DNA of 64,000 nt from an uncultured Verrucomicrobiota bacterium (GTDB lineage: Bacteria > Verrucomicrobiota > Verrucomicrobiia > Limisphaerales > MWDV01), in the NCBI GenBank assembly GCA_964548925.1, contig CAZJTM010000003.1:16155-80154 (forward strand), read 5' to 3'. The notes below the pieces were generated by a model, which worked only from the letters and a program-made list of their open reading frames with translations, did no database searches and was not told the origin of the DNA. Position numbers and translations under genes: made by a program. Positions 63,603 to 64,000 of the stretch are shown piece by piece (the first letter of the stretch is position 1; each line of letters starts with the position of its first letter).

Positions 63603-64000
63603 ATGAGCGGCGGCGGCATTCTGATCTTCATTTTCATTGCGGCGCTGGTGATCGCCGCGGCGATCTGCGGAGCGCTGGCGGCAAAGAAACGGCGGGAGGA
63701 GATGTCGGCCCTGGCCGCCCGGCTTGGCCTGTCGTTCAATCCGGGAACCGACCGCGCGTTGGCAAGCCGATTCGGTTTCCTGGACAAGCTGGCGCAGGGC
63801 AGCAACCGCTATGCGTTCAATGCGCTCTCCGGCGAATACCAGCGGGAGCCGGTGCTGGTCTTCGATTACCACTACGAAACCCACTCGACCAGTTCCAAGG
63901 GCCATCGCCAGACACACCATCACTACTTCTCGTTCTTCATCCTGCTCCTGCCGCGGAGCTTTCCGGAGTTGACCATCGTCCGCGAGGGTATGTTCTCGAA
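63603..64000 (+). CDS. Membrane protein of unknown function, 3' partial (possibly DUF3137-like)
   Basis: My own translation: ATG at 63603, and the frame stays open to the window end. N-terminal TM helix (ILIFIFIAALVIAAAICGAL), then FGFLDKLAQGSNRYAFNALSGEY..VLVFDYHYET. This ORF is not in the supplied track because it is truncated. Confidence 0.5.
   Translation, partial: MSGGGILIFIFIAALVIAAAICGALAAKKRREEMSALAARLGLSFNPGTDRALASRFGFLDKLAQGSNRYAFNALSGEYQREPVLVFDYHYETHSTSSKGHRQTHHHYFSFFILLLPRSFPELTIVREGMFS

Noticed and set aside
61634-63923. Two long minus-strand ORFs (61634..62833 and 62562..63923)
   Set aside because: They are antisense to the TAT oxidoreductase, the SGNH hydrolase and the partial membrane protein. 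No motifs were found and the composition is Arg/Gly/His-rich.

Overview
High-GC chromosomal segment, about 60-65% GC by hand spot counts. It has a PVC-superphylum flavour and is probably Verrucomicrobiota. That assignment is inference from protein architectures and repeat families recalled from memory, with no database search. All family names below come from reading motifs in the supplied translations by eye. Layout, left to right: (1) Plus-strand flagellar switch and export genes fliM (5' partial), fliN, fliO, fliP, a small ORF, fliQ, fliR and flhB (1-5052). (2) A convergent acyl-CoA ligase. (3) A minus-strand complex I operon, nuoB-C-D-E-F-G-H-I-J-K-L-M-N (25674 down to 6986), with no nuoA in the window. 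Five junctions of this operon carry nine co-oriented accessory genes: an MNT/HEPN pair, a small-protein/NTase-like pair, a DUF1016 PD-(D/E)XK nuclease, a DUF4160/DUF2442 pair, and an orphan 140-aa gene plus a GxxExxY gene. The operon also holds one antisense tRNA-Gln. Most remaining intercistronic gaps are filled by nested palindromic repeats. (4) A secreted ConA-like protein, a TAT-exported Gfo/Idh/MocA oxidoreductase and an OPA-type MFS transporter. (5) The fliW-csrA-fliC module, followed on the same strand by a TPR protein, a cytidylyltransferase::RraA-like fusion, a KpsS/KpsC-like transferase and a 1897-aa HAD/GT-A x3/TPR protein. I read this block as a candidate non-canonical flagellin glycosylation island. 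(6) A sequon-rich lipoprotein and a coiled-coil protein. (7) A PhoU::degenerate LMW-phosphatase fusion coupled to pstS-pstC-pstA and two complementary-degenerate pstB paralogs. (8) An ExoD-like gene, a lactonase, a PVC-type dehydrogenase/HEAT/cytochrome c protein, uxaC, an M48 peptidase, nadC-birA-coaX, a sugar isomerase-like gene, a second TAT oxidoreductase, an SGNH hydrolase and a partial membrane protein. I recognised no rRNA, CRISPR array, integrase or transposase. Many long ORFs in the track are antisense shadows of real genes. Several track ORFs have N-terminal extensions that merely translate repeats. Several track starts are GTG or TTG.
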